From assembly GCA_035627515.1 (NCBI GenBank), contig DASPLQ010000012.1, positions 906,331-970,330 on the forward strand: a DNA stretch of 64,000 bases, in the 5' to 3' direction. This DNA is from Vitreimonas sp. (GTDB lineage Bacteria > Patescibacteriota > Microgenomatia > UBA1400 > PJMF01). Numbering within the stretch: the stretch's first letter is position 1; the number at the start of each line of letters is the position of its first letter. The notes under the pieces were generated by a model. That model saw only the letters and a list, made by a program, of their open reading frames with translations, was not told where the DNA came from and searched no databases. Positions 1-9,860 of this stretch are shown here, piece by piece. Both the position numbers and the translations under genes were made by a program.

Positions 1-2
1 AG

Positions 3-1091
3 GATTTTAAACGGAAAGAAAGCTAGTAATGGTAAGTGCCAAAATAAAAATGGTCGAGATAATACTTTCCCCGTGAGCATAAAGACCAGAAAGTAACCTA
101 ATGTTAGCCAGACCAGCATCGGTACACGTTGGTGAGTATGTAGATGTAAATTTTTACCAATTATTATGATTCCAATCAATAAAAATAATCCAATACTGAC
201 TGGAAAAATCCACGCCAACTGATTCAACACCTGAGTTGAAATAGGTCCAGCAATTTCATAATTTTTGTAGACTTCAATCACGTGTTCGCTGGGTTGCAGC
301 CGGTCAGCTACGCGTACGAACACTGCCGGAGTACTATCAATTTGGAGACCTCTAATTTGTTGGTACACTAAGCTCACCATCAATGATGATCGGAAGTAGA
401 GCAAGGGAAAGAGCCAGACTAAAGCAATCCCGCCTACCACAGCCATCATTTTATAAAGGAGCTGAAGTGAAACTAAATTACGACTGTAGGTGGCCCATGA
501 CTGTGAAGAAGCCTTGGTTGGTAAAGCAGCTAAACCATAGAGAAGTGCTAAGGGTGCATTCACATACTTAAGTGCCACTGCCAAAGCGAATCCTGCCCAT
601 GACCAAAACGTGCCGCTCAGTGACGATAAAAAAAGTGGCGCACTCAAGCCCGCAGCGACAGCAGCTGCAAAGGCTAAATCCATGGTGTCGTAGAGGAAGT
701 GATGGGCTTTAGTGGTCACCACAATATAGTAAAGTAATCCACCCACAAAAACACTTTTGTTGACCTCTAACTTTCGTAGCACTTTCCACATCAATGTAAA
801 AAGTGCCACATCGATGAGGAGCATTTCTGCTCGGTAGGCATGAGAATAATTGAGATGAAATGGAAAACCATGAGTGGTTTTATCGATCCAATGCGGGATA
901 TAAAAAAGCGGAATGGTGGCTGGGGGATACTCATACCATTGTTCTAAATAAGGTGTCACCCCACTGGCCCACAGATGGGCATACGGCATGTAGCTGTAAA
1001 TAATTTCACTAAAAGCTGGGGGTTTGAAAACCCAAATAAAGCTGCGGCTCAAAATAAACACTAGTAGTAACAAAAGTGAGAGTTTTTTCAT
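3..1091 (-). CDS. Multi-pass membrane glycosyltransferase, GT87/DUF2029-like (3' end beyond the window; not in the ORF track)
   Basis: Manual translation from ATG at 1091 (MKKLSLLLLLVFILSRSFIWVF...) stays open to the window edge. It contains WYEYPPAT (GT-C YPP motif), many hydrophobic helices and a GKVLSRPF motif. Confidence 0.7.
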   Translation of the reverse strand, partial: MKKLSLLLLLVFILSRSFIWVFKPPAFSEIIYSYMPYAHLWASGVTPYLEQWYEYPPATIPLFYIPHWIDKTTHGFPFHLNYSHAYRAEMLLIDVALFTLMWKVLRKLEVNKSVFVGGLLYYIVVTTKAHHFLYDTMDLAFAAAVAAGLSAPLFLSSLSGTFWSWAGFALAVALKYVNAPLALLYGLAALPTKASSQSWATYSRNLVSLQLLYKMMAVVGGIALVWLFPLLYFRSSLMVSLVYQQIRGLQIDSTPAVFVRVADRLQPSEHVIEVYKNYEIAGPISTQVLNQLAWIFPVSIGLFLLIGIIIIGKNLHLHTHQRVPMLVWLTLGYFLVFMLTGKVLSRPFLFWHLPLLAFFPFKI

Positions 1092-1094
1092 GAA

Positions 1095-1538
1095 TTACGT
1101 TTCTAAATTTTGGACATCTTTGAGTATTTCCTCGGCATGTTTTTTGACATTCACTTGTGGATACACTTTGGCAATAATACCATGCGGATCAATCAGAAAA
1201 GAGATTCGCTTGTTAAAAATAATGCCATTAGCGCCGTAGGCACTGATGATGTTTTTCTCGGGATCAGCTAGTAAGGGAAAATTGAGCTGATAAGCAGTCG
1301 CAAATTTTTGGTGACTCTCCATACTATCTGCGCTGACGCCGAGCAACTTAATTTTGTGTTGCAGCTGTGACATGGCATCGCGAAAATTGCAGGCTTCAAG
1401 CGTACAACCGGGAGAATCGTCTTTGGGGTAAAAATAAAGCAGTAGCCACTGCCCGTGATAATCCTCTAAGGTGTGAAGTTTCCCAAATTGATCTTCGGCT
1501 TTAAAGCCGGGTGCCAGCGAGTTGACGGTCAGCTTCAT
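1095..1538 (-). CDS. bcp: Peroxiredoxin BCP/PrxQ
   Basis: YFYPKDDSPGCTLEAC motif; GVSADS..SH.KF; FPLLAD. Confidence 0.92.
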   Translation of the reverse strand: MKLTVNSLAPGFKAEDQFGKLHTLEDYHGQWLLLYFYPKDDSPGCTLEACNFRDAMSQLQHKIKLLGVSADSMESHQKFATAYQLNFPLLADPEKNIISAYGANGIIFNKRISFLIDPHGIIAKVYPQVNVKKHAEEILKDVQNLET

Positions 1539-1552
1539 ACCCAGATTATAGC

Positions 1553-2779
1553 CTAGTAATTAACGTGCAAATAGTACGTACTAAAGCCATCGTCTTTATG
1601 TTCGACTTTTACATATCTCAGTAAGCCGCCGCCGCACTTAATACTTCCTCGGTATAAAGTACCTGGTTTTACAGCTTTGACTTTGTACTCACCACCATCT
1701 TTACTGATCATATCAATGCCGGTATGTGGAGCACCACCATATGCCCGTTTGACCCGAGCATAATACGTCATACCGTAACCTTGATTAATACGAGCAGGAT
1801 TATTGACGGGCCAGTCCCAGTCACCACCAAAGCCGAAGCTGCCATCAGGAGAGTTACTCCACGCAGCATCAACACCTTTTAAGTAGCCAGCGGGGTCGCG
1901 GTGTCCGCCGTCTTTTACAACTTCAAAGTGTAAATGAGAGCCTGTGGAGCATGGTGAGGCACCGACAATAACAGTAGCAATTTGATCACCTTGTTTGACT
2001 TCACCCGTTTTATTTTCCTCACCTTTACCGGCAATGATTGATTGAATGGCTTCTAGCTCGGCCATCGTTTTTTCTAACTCACGTTTATATACGGCTTCAT
2101 TGTTTTTAGTTTCCTGCAGTAAGTATTGTTGTTCAGCGCGCTGCTTCGTTAGGTCGCCTTGCTGTCTTTCGAGTTGGACTTTTTTTCGTTCCACTTCAGT
2201 TTGTTTTGTTTCTTTGAGGGCTTTTTGTTCGTCATAGGTTTGTTTTTGGACTTCGGCTTGTTGCATAGCATCGGCCGTTTGCTCTTGTGCAAGCTTGACG
2301 TATTTATACTGATTGAGGCTATGATTAAAAGACGTACTATTTAATAAAATGGCCAAGGGAGAAATCTTACGACGTTTATATTGTTCTTGGACACGTTTAA
2401 TGAGGATATCTGTTAAACGATCAAGGGACAGGTCCAAACCGGCAATTCGTTTGGTTAAATCAACAATTTGTTTTTCTAGTTGGGCAATCTCGGTGAGGGT
2501 CTGATCAATCTGCAGTTCTTGGACTTGAATCTTACCATTTAAAATACTAATCGAACTATTGAGGGTAATGCTAGCGTTTTGGGCTTCATGGATTTTTTCT
2601 TCCCAGCAACTCTGTTTTTGTTTATTACAGCTGAGATAATCGTCTTCAGATTGTGAGTCTTTACTACATTTGATGTCGTCACAATTACCAGCCGCCATTA
2701 CAGTACGAGACCACACTCCTCCGGTGGTCGCGACGACAAACGTGCTGATAAAGGCTCCCACCAGTAAAGATTTTTTCAT
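1553..2779 (-). CDS. Secreted coiled-coil protein with an M23 (LytM-type) peptidase domain in circularly permuted order; probable FtsEX effector
   Basis: Signal-like N-terminus and long coiled coil, then STGSHLHFEV...DPAGYL followed by WPV...HTGID...VKVEH...TYYLH. Lies directly downstream of ftsX. Confidence 0.85.
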   Translation of the reverse strand: MKKSLLVGAFISTFVVATTGGVWSRTVMAAGNCDDIKCSKDSQSEDDYLSCNKQKQSCWEEKIHEAQNASITLNSSISILNGKIQVQELQIDQTLTEIAQLEKQIVDLTKRIAGLDLSLDRLTDILIKRVQEQYKRRKISPLAILLNSTSFNHSLNQYKYVKLAQEQTADAMQQAEVQKQTYDEQKALKETKQTEVERKKVQLERQQGDLTKQRAEQQYLLQETKNNEAVYKRELEKTMAELEAIQSIIAGKGEENKTGEVKQGDQIATVIVGASPCSTGSHLHFEVVKDGGHRDPAGYLKGVDAAWSNSPDGSFGFGGDWDWPVNNPARINQGYGMTYYARVKRAYGGAPHTGIDMISKDGGEYKVKAVKPGTLYRGSIKCGGGLLRYVKVEHKDDGFSTYYLHVNY

Positions 2780-2783
2780 GATG

Positions 2784-3653
2784 TTAGCGCTTGATCATGC
2801 GGCGAACCGCCAATGATCCCGTAAACGACCCTAAAAACATCCCAATCAAGGTGCCAATTCCCAATTGGAGCGCGAAAAACTCAATAGGGATCGGCAGAAG
2901 ATTAATCGGTCCTAAAAACTCATTTAACCACGGTGTCAAATATAAGAGCATGCCATACATGCTGACCCAACCCAGCAATGAACCAACTAAACCATAGAGA
3001 ATGCCTTCAAAAATAAAGGGTTGAGTGATATACCACCGCGTGGCGCCAATAATGCGCATGATTTGAATCATTTGACGTTTGGTGGTAACTTTCATGCTGA
3101 TCACAATCAGGACGATTAAAAAGGAAGTGAGACCCAAAATAACAATGCTCGCTAAACCGGTATACCGCAGAGTACTCGTCCAGTTGTTGAGTGATTCCAC
3201 TACGTCTTGCTGAAAAACTACTTCATCGACTTGTTCTACAGCTTCTAAATCTTGTTTAATTTGGACTAAATCTTGAATTTGTTTACCAGACACCTCGATG
3301 CTAGCTGGCAAGATAGATGCTGTAACCAGCTCAAGCAACAAGGGATCATCTTTGTTGTCTTCTTGATAGAGTTTCAAGGCGTCTTCTTTAGTGACAATTT
3401 TGGCATCTTCCACATATGGCTTAGCCTTCATGTCTTCTTGAATTTCAATGATGTTTGTTAGATCTGTATTAAGTTCAAAAAAAGCAATAATTTGGGGTCG
3501 AGTTTCAAAAAATTTCAGAATTTGTTCAGCACCAACTAAGAGGAGTGAAAAACAATAGCCCACAAAAAAAGTCAATGTCACCATCAGAATTGCCGCCAAT
3601 GTTTGATAAGGCGAGCGGCGCATGGCGATGAGGGCAGAAGTAAATGGATTCAT
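2784..3653 (-). CDS. ftsX: Cell division permease FtsX
   Basis: TM1, extracellular domain (LPASIEV), three C-terminal TMs, IMRIIGATRWYI.PF.FEG motif; adjacent to ftsE. Confidence 0.9.
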   Translation of the reverse strand: MNPFTSALIAMRRSPYQTLAAILMVTLTFFVGYCFSLLLVGAEQILKFFETRPQIIAFFELNTDLTNIIEIQEDMKAKPYVEDAKIVTKEDALKLYQEDNKDDPLLLELVTASILPASIEVSGKQIQDLVQIKQDLEAVEQVDEVVFQQDVVESLNNWTSTLRYTGLASIVILGLTSFLIVLIVISMKVTTKRQMIQIMRIIGATRWYITQPFIFEGILYGLVGSLLGWVSMYGMLLYLTPWLNEFLGPINLLPIPIEFFALQLGIGTLIGMFLGSFTGSLAVRRMIKR

Positions 3654-3665
3654 AGGCGTAACTAT

Positions 3666-4751
3666 TTAATCTAAACTTTCTACTTCAACTTGAATTTTAG
3701 GTTTGTTCTCGGTTTCGTTGTCGTCTGTGGTCTTAGCGCTCGTGTCATCTGTAGGGCTGTGTTTTTCAGCTGGCTTTTTAGCATCTCCAGGTTTTTTCTT
3801 AAAGGGCCATGAAAAACTAGGTAAACGTAACTTAAGTCGGGGGCCTTTTTTACTAGAAATAGGTATCACAGCTTGATGTGGGAGTTCATCTGCTTGTGGA
3901 GAAACTTTTTCTTCTTCGGTTGGTTTGAGTTTAGGTTTCTCGGGCGAGGGGGGCTCAACGTGAGCATGTGAGCGAGGAGTGGGAACAATTTTTGTCTCTT
4001 GCTGAGTATGCTCAGCAGTTGGTTCTTGGGAGGCCTGGGTAGGTGAAGTATGTTGAGTGGGGGTAGCTTCACTGGGCATGACACTGGCATGGGTGTCCTT
4101 GACTAAACGCCCTTTTTCCAATTGCAGATGTCGCAAATGAGACAATGATTCTAAGACACCAATATCATGTGTTGCCATTAAAATCGTCGTGCCTAGTTCA
4201 TTAATCTTGGTGAGTAAGCGAGCAATGCTAGCGGAAGTTTCAGGATCTAAGTTGCCGGTTGGTTCATCAGCAAACACGACCGACGGTCCGGTGGCTAAGG
4301 CTCGAGCAATACTGACACGCTGGGCTTCTCCACCTGATAATTGACTGGGGAAAAGAAAAGCTTTATCTACCAAGCCCACTAACTTCAATAAATCAGTCAC
4401 TCGTGACTCAATTTCACTCTCAGGTTTACCGACGATATACAGTGGTAACGCAATATTTTCCCAGACATTATACTCAGGTAAAAGCTTGTAATCTTGAAAA
4501 ACTACTCCAATCTTACGACGATGGTGGGGAATGTGAGACGAACGCATCTCAGTCAGAGACGTGTCTTCAAATAAAATTTCGCCTGTAGTCAGGGAGTACT
4601 CTTTAGTCAGGAGCTTCATCAAAGTAGTTTTACCACTGCCAGAATGACCGGTAATGACCACAAATTCACCAGGCTTAACAGAAAAAGTGACGCCTTCTAA
4701 GCCAATGGAAGTGTCGGGAAAAATTTTCGTAACTGCAGAAAACGTAATCAT
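3666..4751 (-). CDS. ftsE: Cell division ABC ATPase FtsE with a ~140-aa low-complexity C-terminal extension
   Basis: GHSGSGKTT, IGVVFQDYKLL, LSGGEAQRV, ADEPTGNLD, ATHD. Confidence 0.92.
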   Translation of the reverse strand: MITFSAVTKIFPDTSIGLEGVTFSVKPGEFVVITGHSGSGKTTLMKLLTKEYSLTTGEILFEDTSLTEMRSSHIPHHRRKIGVVFQDYKLLPEYNVWENIALPLYIVGKPESEIESRVTDLLKLVGLVDKAFLFPSQLSGGEAQRVSIARALATGPSVVFADEPTGNLDPETSASIARLLTKINELGTTILMATHDIGVLESLSHLRHLQLEKGRLVKDTHASVMPSEATPTQHTSPTQASQEPTAEHTQQETKIVPTPRSHAHVEPPSPEKPKLKPTEEEKVSPQADELPHQAVIPISSKKGPRLKLRLPSFSWPFKKKPGDAKKPAEKHSPTDDTSAKTTDDNETENKPKIQVEVESLD

Positions 4752-4821
4752 GGGCAGACTCTAGTGTACCTGTTCAGATAACCAGAAATCAATGCAGATT
4801 ACTGACTCCAAACAAGGTGGA

Positions 4822-5376
4822 TTATTCTTCGACTGGAGCTTCGGCAGCAGGATTAATAATTTGGACGCGACCGACATCCATCAACCAACCAGCTTTTTGA
4901 CCTTTGTTGGTTTCACCCCAGACTTTAACTTGCATACCTTTAAATTTGTCCAGATCAGTGACAGAAGAGGTAAGGTAGACGGTTTGGGAAATACCACCGG
5001 GGCGTAACAATTTGTGTGAACCTTCACCATCAATACCACCGATTTCTAAGTAGCCCTCAGCGCTGTCTTTGAAGGTTTGTTCATCTTGGACACCAAACAC
5101 GTCACCGGCATTGACTTCACCAGTGGCCACTTTTTGGATAGGAGCCCCTGAGTCGCCGCCAAGTGAGCTTGTTTTGGTAGCTAACTTAGCACCTCCAAAA
5201 CCAGTTAAAATGCCTGCGACCACAGCTAAAGCAGCAATGGCTAATGGTAATTTAGCTCGGGAATTTGACATAGAGGGACCTTCCTTAGGATTCAAATCCA
5301 TGGTGTGTAAGGGGGCAGTGGGTTGAGTAGCCTGATACTGATTATCTACGTTGAAAGTTGAGTCAATATTTTGCAT
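4822..5376 (-). CDS. Hypothetical single-TM protein with a small beta-rich extracellular domain
   Basis: 184-aa ORF with one hydrophobic helix (LPLAIAALAVVAGILTGFGG). The start could instead be the downstream Met of MSNSRAK. Confidence 0.75.
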   Translation of the reverse strand: MQNIDSTFNVDNQYQATQPTAPLHTMDLNPKEGPSMSNSRAKLPLAIAALAVVAGILTGFGGAKLATKTSSLGGDSGAPIQKVATGEVNAGDVFGVQDEQTFKDSAEGYLEIGGIDGEGSHKLLRPGGISQTVYLTSSVTDLDKFKGMQVKVWGETNKGQKAGWLMDVGRVQIINPAAEAPVEE

Positions 5377-5446
5377 AGGGCAATAGTACTACATTTTGAG
5401 GGGATGAGCCACCCGAAAAAACCACTTCTCCTGTACAATACTACAC

Positions 5447-6559
5447 ATGGTGCTTTTTACTCCTGAAGAAACTAAACAATTAATTTCCAAAAGTCAGGAA
5501 TTGGTGGCGATGAGTCCGCTCGCCGCTTTGAAAGAGCAACTAGCTAAGCTCGAGTCACAGACTTTGCAGCCAGATTTTTGGCAACGGGCTGAAGCTCAGT
5601 CACTCATGCAGCAACTCTCGGTGACCCAAGCTAAAATTGCGGAAATTACTCGGGTCGAAACCTTACTTCATGATGTCCAAGCTATTGAAGAATTGACCAA
5701 AGAGGTCATGTCCGCCCCCGAAGAAGCTGCTACTCAAGAGCTTGCTGCTGAACAGCAACGCTTAGCACGTGAGTTATCACAAGCCTTTTCAGCTTTAGAG
5801 CTGAGTCAATTTTTGAGTGGTAAGTATGATGCTTTGGGAGCCATTATCTCCATTCACTCGGGCCAAGGTGGTACCGAGGCGATGGACTGGGCAGATATGG
5901 TGCGGCGTATGTATATACGATACTTCGAACGCCAGGGCTGGAAGTATCACTTTATTTCTGAATCACGCGGTGAAGAAGCCGGCATTAAAGCTGCAGTCTA
6001 TGAAGTAACTGCCCCGTATGCGTATGGTTATTTGAAAGGTGAGCGAGGTACTCATCGTTTAGTGAGATTAAGTCCTTTTAATGCCGATAGTTTGCGCCAA
6101 ACTTCCTTTGCGTTGGTAGAAGTTTTACCTTTAATCGAGGCTGATGATAATCAAATTGAACTCAAGGAAAATGAACTAGAATGGCACTTTAGCCGGGCAG
6201 GTGGAGCTGGTGGTCAAAATGTCAATAAAGTTAACACCGCTGTGGAGTTGACACATGTACCTACTGGGATTGTCGTTCGCTGCAGAGAAGAACGTTCACA
6301 AGTTCAGAATAAAGAGCGAGCACTCAAGTTGCTCAAGGCTCAGCTCGCCCAACAAGAAGAAGACAAGCGGCGCGAAGAGTTAGCTCAGGTTAAAGGCGTT
6401 CACAGTCATGCCAGTTGGGGTAATCAAATTCGCAATTATGTCCTGCATCCTTATCAACTCGTCAAAGACACCCGTACAGAGGTAGAAACTGCCGACACGA
6501 CTGGCGTGCTTGATGGCGACCTGGAGCAGTTCATCCAAGCCGAGATCAAGCTTCTCTAA
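5447..6559 (+). CDS. prfB: Peptide chain release factor 2 (continuous ORF, no programmed frameshift)
   Basis: SPF anticodon-like tripeptide (RLSPFN), GGQ motif (GAGGQNVNK), [13 protein letters not shown]. Confidence 0.95.
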   Translation: MVLFTPEETKQLISKSQELVAMSPLAALKEQLAKLESQTLQPDFWQRAEAQSLMQQLSVTQAKIAEITRVETLLHDVQAIEELTKEVMSAPEEAATQELAAEQQRLARELSQAFSALELSQFLSGKYDALGAIISIHSGQGGTEAMDWADMVRRMYIRYFERQGWKYHFISESRGEEAGIKAAVYEVTAPYAYGYLKGERGTHRLVRLSPFNADSLRQTSFALVEVLPLIEADDNQIELKENELEWHFSRAGGAGGQNVNKVNTAVELTHVPTGIVVRCREERSQVQNKERALKLLKAQLAQQEEDKRREELAQVKGVHSHASWGNQIRNYVLHPYQLVKDTRTEVETADTTGVLDGDLEQFIQAEIKLL

Positions 6560-6568
6560 GGCGAGGAA

Positions 6569-8188
6569 TTAAAAGGTCAGACGTTGATCTTGATCCAGGA
6601 TAATATTTTGTGTCTCACCATTAAAAGTAACTGAATAGGGTGTGGGGGGTAAGCCGGCCTGTTTTTGGATTAACCACTCAGCTTCTTGACTGATAGATGG
6701 GTGGGAAAGCTCCAAACTGTAGGAAGCTGTTTTGCTAGCGGCAACACTCACCAAAAACCCCAGTTGTTTAAATTCATTACCGTCGGTGTTCTTAATAATG
6801 GCTTCATCCCACTGGGTGATGGGCTGATTATTGACGCTAAGAGTATGGACAGTATAGGAAAGCGGCACGATCACACGCTGATAATTAATATACGCATTTT
6901 CTGGCTCGGAATTTTGATTTTTAAAAGTTGTAGTTACTTGTGTCCGGTACTCAGTAGCCGAGAGTGAGGTGTCGCGAACAACTTTTTTATTGGCTTTATT
7001 AATACCTACATTTGACTCCACTAACAAAAAACTAGGACCATGATGATTCACCATAAGTTCTCCCGTGGCACCCCGGTGCTGAAAGAATTCTTGAATCTGA
7101 GAGTTGCTTGAATAGGCTTGAATATTTTTCGTTTCTACACTGCCCATCACTAAAGCAATCAGAGCTTGTTTTTGATCGCTGGGTAACGCTTGAATTTTTA
7201 AACGTAAATGAGTAATTAAGGCACGCAAAAACTGGGGTTTTTGATAAGAGCCAGCGAAAAATTCTGGTCTATCAGCACGAGCCACTTCGGCTAGGTTTTC
7301 GGCTGTAACGGTGAGTTGATAATCAGGTAGATACACCGGGCCGGTAATGGTCAGGATTTGTTCGGCTAAACTCAGGTTTACGGCAATTACCCCTTCGATA
7401 TTTTGCTTTTTACCCAAGGCAAAGTAACTCAAGATATGTTGGGCGCTCATCCCAAAATCAGGATGCCAGTTAGCGTCTGGTAAACGCCAGCCCTTACCCC
7501 CACTCAGGTACTCCTTCACACCCGGTGGCGCTTCCACAAAGCCAGTGAATTGGCCATCAGGCTCATAGATATCATTGATACTTAACTCGGTGACTGCCCC
7601 TTCACTCAGCGTCACCTGAGCATACGAGCCCATGAAACCACCGGTGGCGCGAACCTCATGTGAGTTTTGAAATAGGATTAAGTAAGTGTGTTGGCTGGTG
7701 CTGAGCTCAGCAAATAAAGGTGACAGCGCAGGTACTAAGGGTCCGAGTTCAGCCACCACGTTTTTGATGGGTACTGGAATAAGTCTTTGGACAAAGATTG
7801 TTTTAGTAAATAAAGGATAAATCTCAGCAAAGGTTGCGCCTAAGGTATCTAACTCTGTTTTGATATCAGTGATGATTTCTGATGAGACTGACTCTTGATT
7901 CGCTAGTGCCTGCAAGTATGAACCACCGACGGTTTGCAAACGTGCAGCAAGGGGCATGACTTCTAACCCCCTAGCCCATAAATGCAAATCAGGAACTTTA
8001 GTAAAGGTAATGACATCTAAAATTTTAACTATTGGTAAGGCACGTCGACTAGCGGAGGCTGCTATTTCGGGTTGGCCATTTTTAAAGGCGGACAGTGCTC
8101 GCCAACTCCACCCCAGTGCCCACAAAATAGGAATCCAAATCAGTAGTAAGGCTATTAATAACCAGTCGCGGCGGGAAAGTCTATTCAT
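6569..8188 (-). CDS. DUF4012-family membrane-anchored protein
   Basis: YLILFQNSHEVRATGGFMGSY, LPDANWHPDF, ESNVGINKAN motifs. Confidence 0.8.
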   Translation of the reverse strand: MNRLSRRDWLLIALLLIWIPILWALGWSWRALSAFKNGQPEIAASASRRALPIVKILDVITFTKVPDLHLWARGLEVMPLAARLQTVGGSYLQALANQESVSSEIITDIKTELDTLGATFAEIYPLFTKTIFVQRLIPVPIKNVVAELGPLVPALSPLFAELSTSQHTYLILFQNSHEVRATGGFMGSYAQVTLSEGAVTELSINDIYEPDGQFTGFVEAPPGVKEYLSGGKGWRLPDANWHPDFGMSAQHILSYFALGKKQNIEGVIAVNLSLAEQILTITGPVYLPDYQLTVTAENLAEVARADRPEFFAGSYQKPQFLRALITHLRLKIQALPSDQKQALIALVMGSVETKNIQAYSSNSQIQEFFQHRGATGELMVNHHGPSFLLVESNVGINKANKKVVRDTSLSATEYRTQVTTTFKNQNSEPENAYINYQRVIVPLSYTVHTLSVNNQPITQWDEAIIKNTDGNEFKQLGFLVSVAASKTASYSLELSHPSISQEAEWLIQKQAGLPPTPYSVTFNGETQNIILDQDQRLTF

Positions 8189-9860
8189 CTGGCCCTATTT
8201 TATACAAGCAAGCTTGATCGATACAGACCAGTTCGGTGAGCTGTGAATTTTGATGGAGCATCATTTTAATATTTTCAGGAGCAGGTGCCTGATGATTTTC
8301 GTATGCATACTTGGCTGCAGTTAGGGTTTGATACTGATGGTAATGGACAATTATATGGGAGACGCCTAATTGTTGCAGATAGGTGATTGAATCAGGCTGG
8401 GGAAAAGTGCGCCATAACCACAAGACGTCACTTTCTCGAGCAGGTGGTGTGAAACCACTGGTGCCATTGAACAATCGCTGCTGATGAGTAGTTTGATAGA
8501 GTAATCGTTCATTTTCCCAAGATGAGTACGGCATCATCCGCCAAATTAAAACGGGAAATTCAGCCACCACACTCTTTTCAGTAGGTAAGTGAGCATAAAT
8601 GGCGGGGGCCGCGGTGGAAATGGCAAATAACTCCAGGTTAGGAACTTGAGTGAACCAAAAGTAGGTACCCAAGCCAAGTATGATTCCTAGCTTAAAGTGT
8701 GGTCTGAGCTGAGAGGTATTGGTTAGCACTCCTGCCAGCCATGCTAAGCCAAAGCCCATGACCAGTATCCACCGAGAAGTAGCACGAAAGGCTTGAAAAC
8801 CGGGTACTAGGTAATACAACACCGCGTAGGGTAAAGGAATAGGAAGTGAAAAAAATTTTATCGTTTGATGATTGAGTTTGAGAGCCGGTCCCAACATCAG
8901 TACCGCGCCGACAATAGTAATTATCAAGGCAGGCAGTAAGGCTTTTCGATGAAGACGCCAGGTTGCTGTTGACGAAGTGAAGTACAACCCTAAGATAACT
9001 CCTACGATCAGCACAAACTCGGTGGTGACAAAAATGTTAAGCGAGTGGGCGAAGTGGGCGGCGTCGCGAATGGTGCGGGTATACTCAAATTCCTGAGAAA
9101 CTTGCCAATAGGTATGGTAAAAAAGCAGTACCGGGAGCAGGCATACTAGCAAGCATAGAAGCACATTTTTAAGTTGGGCCGTAATAATTTTGAGGCTGTG
9201 ATGATTCGCTATCACTGCTAAGCACGCTACTACTACAAAAAAGCCTGTCATTGGGTCGTTGAAAACTTGATACCAGAAACTAAGTAAACAACCAATTAAA
9301 AAGCCGAGTTTCTGAGTACTCAGCCAGCGCTGCAGACAGTAGACGCTGAGAGGCAAACCGGCCACTAAAAACATATGCAAGTGTACGACATAGTGGAAGT
9401 GATAAGAACTAAATGTAAAGATAACAGCTGCCAAAATTGCTGCCAGGGCAGAATCAGTAGTATTTTTTATTAGTAGATACATCGAGCCGAAGACCGCTAT
9501 CGCCCCCCAGAACAGGTGCCAATTATGGAGGGCTATCAGGTTAGGGATGAAAGGCAGGACGGGTATCGACAATAACGCGGTTGATAAAAAAGGTTGCGAG
9601 TACGCTAATGTCTGTTGATAGGGATAGAAAATAGGAGCATCAAAAATACTACGACCAGCAGTGAGGCTGGTGCTGACCCAATGCAGCAGCCACACAATAA
9701 AGAGCCCATCATCTTGAGAAGTCAGATGCGTGGAGAAATTACTCATCACCGGCCACAAAAAAACTAAGCTTAAAACAAACGCTAAACTAAACAGTGCGCC
9801 GAGTTCTAACCACGCGGGTCGAGGGTTATTTATAGGTAATTTCGGTAATGGTGTCGCCAT
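8181..9860 (-). CDS. Multi-pass membrane protein, GT-C/YfhO-like
   Basis: Many TMs; FDAPIFYPY..TLAYS, VPGFQAFRATSRW, NGTSGFTP motifs. Start uncertain (overlaps the PPIase). Confidence 0.7.
   Translation of the reverse strand: MATPLPKLPINNPRPAWLELGALFSLAFVLSLVFLWPVMSNFSTHLTSQDDGLFIVWLLHWVSTSLTAGRSIFDAPIFYPYQQTLAYSQPFLSTALLSIPVLPFIPNLIALHNWHLFWGAIAVFGSMYLLIKNTTDSALAAILAAVIFTFSSYHFHYVVHLHMFLVAGLPLSVYCLQRWLSTQKLGFLIGCLLSFWYQVFNDPMTGFFVVVACLAVIANHHSLKIITAQLKNVLLCLLVCLLPVLLFYHTYWQVSQEFEYTRTIRDAAHFAHSLNIFVTTEFVLIVGVILGLYFTSSTATWRLHRKALLPALIITIVGAVLMLGPALKLNHQTIKFFSLPIPLPYAVLYYLVPGFQAFRATSRWILVMGFGLAWLAGVLTNTSQLRPHFKLGIILGLGTYFWFTQVPNLELFAISTAAPAIYAHLPTEKSVVAEFPVLIWRMMPYSSWENERLLYQTTHQQRLFNGTSGFTPPARESDVLWLWRTFPQPDSITYLQQLGVSHIIVHYHQYQTLTAAKYAYENHQAPAPENIKMMLHQNSQLTELVCIDQACLYKIGPDE

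Noticed and set aside
383-1239. Plus-strand ORFs 383-571 and 1024-1239
   Set aside because: They are antisense shadows of the GT87-like gene and bcp.
5526-5532. CTTTGA near codon 27 of prfB, resembling the RF2 +1 frameshift site
   Set aside because: The ORF is already continuous from ATG 5447. The CTT-TGA is out of frame, a +1 shift from it would not enter the RF2 frame, and no internal SD precedes it.
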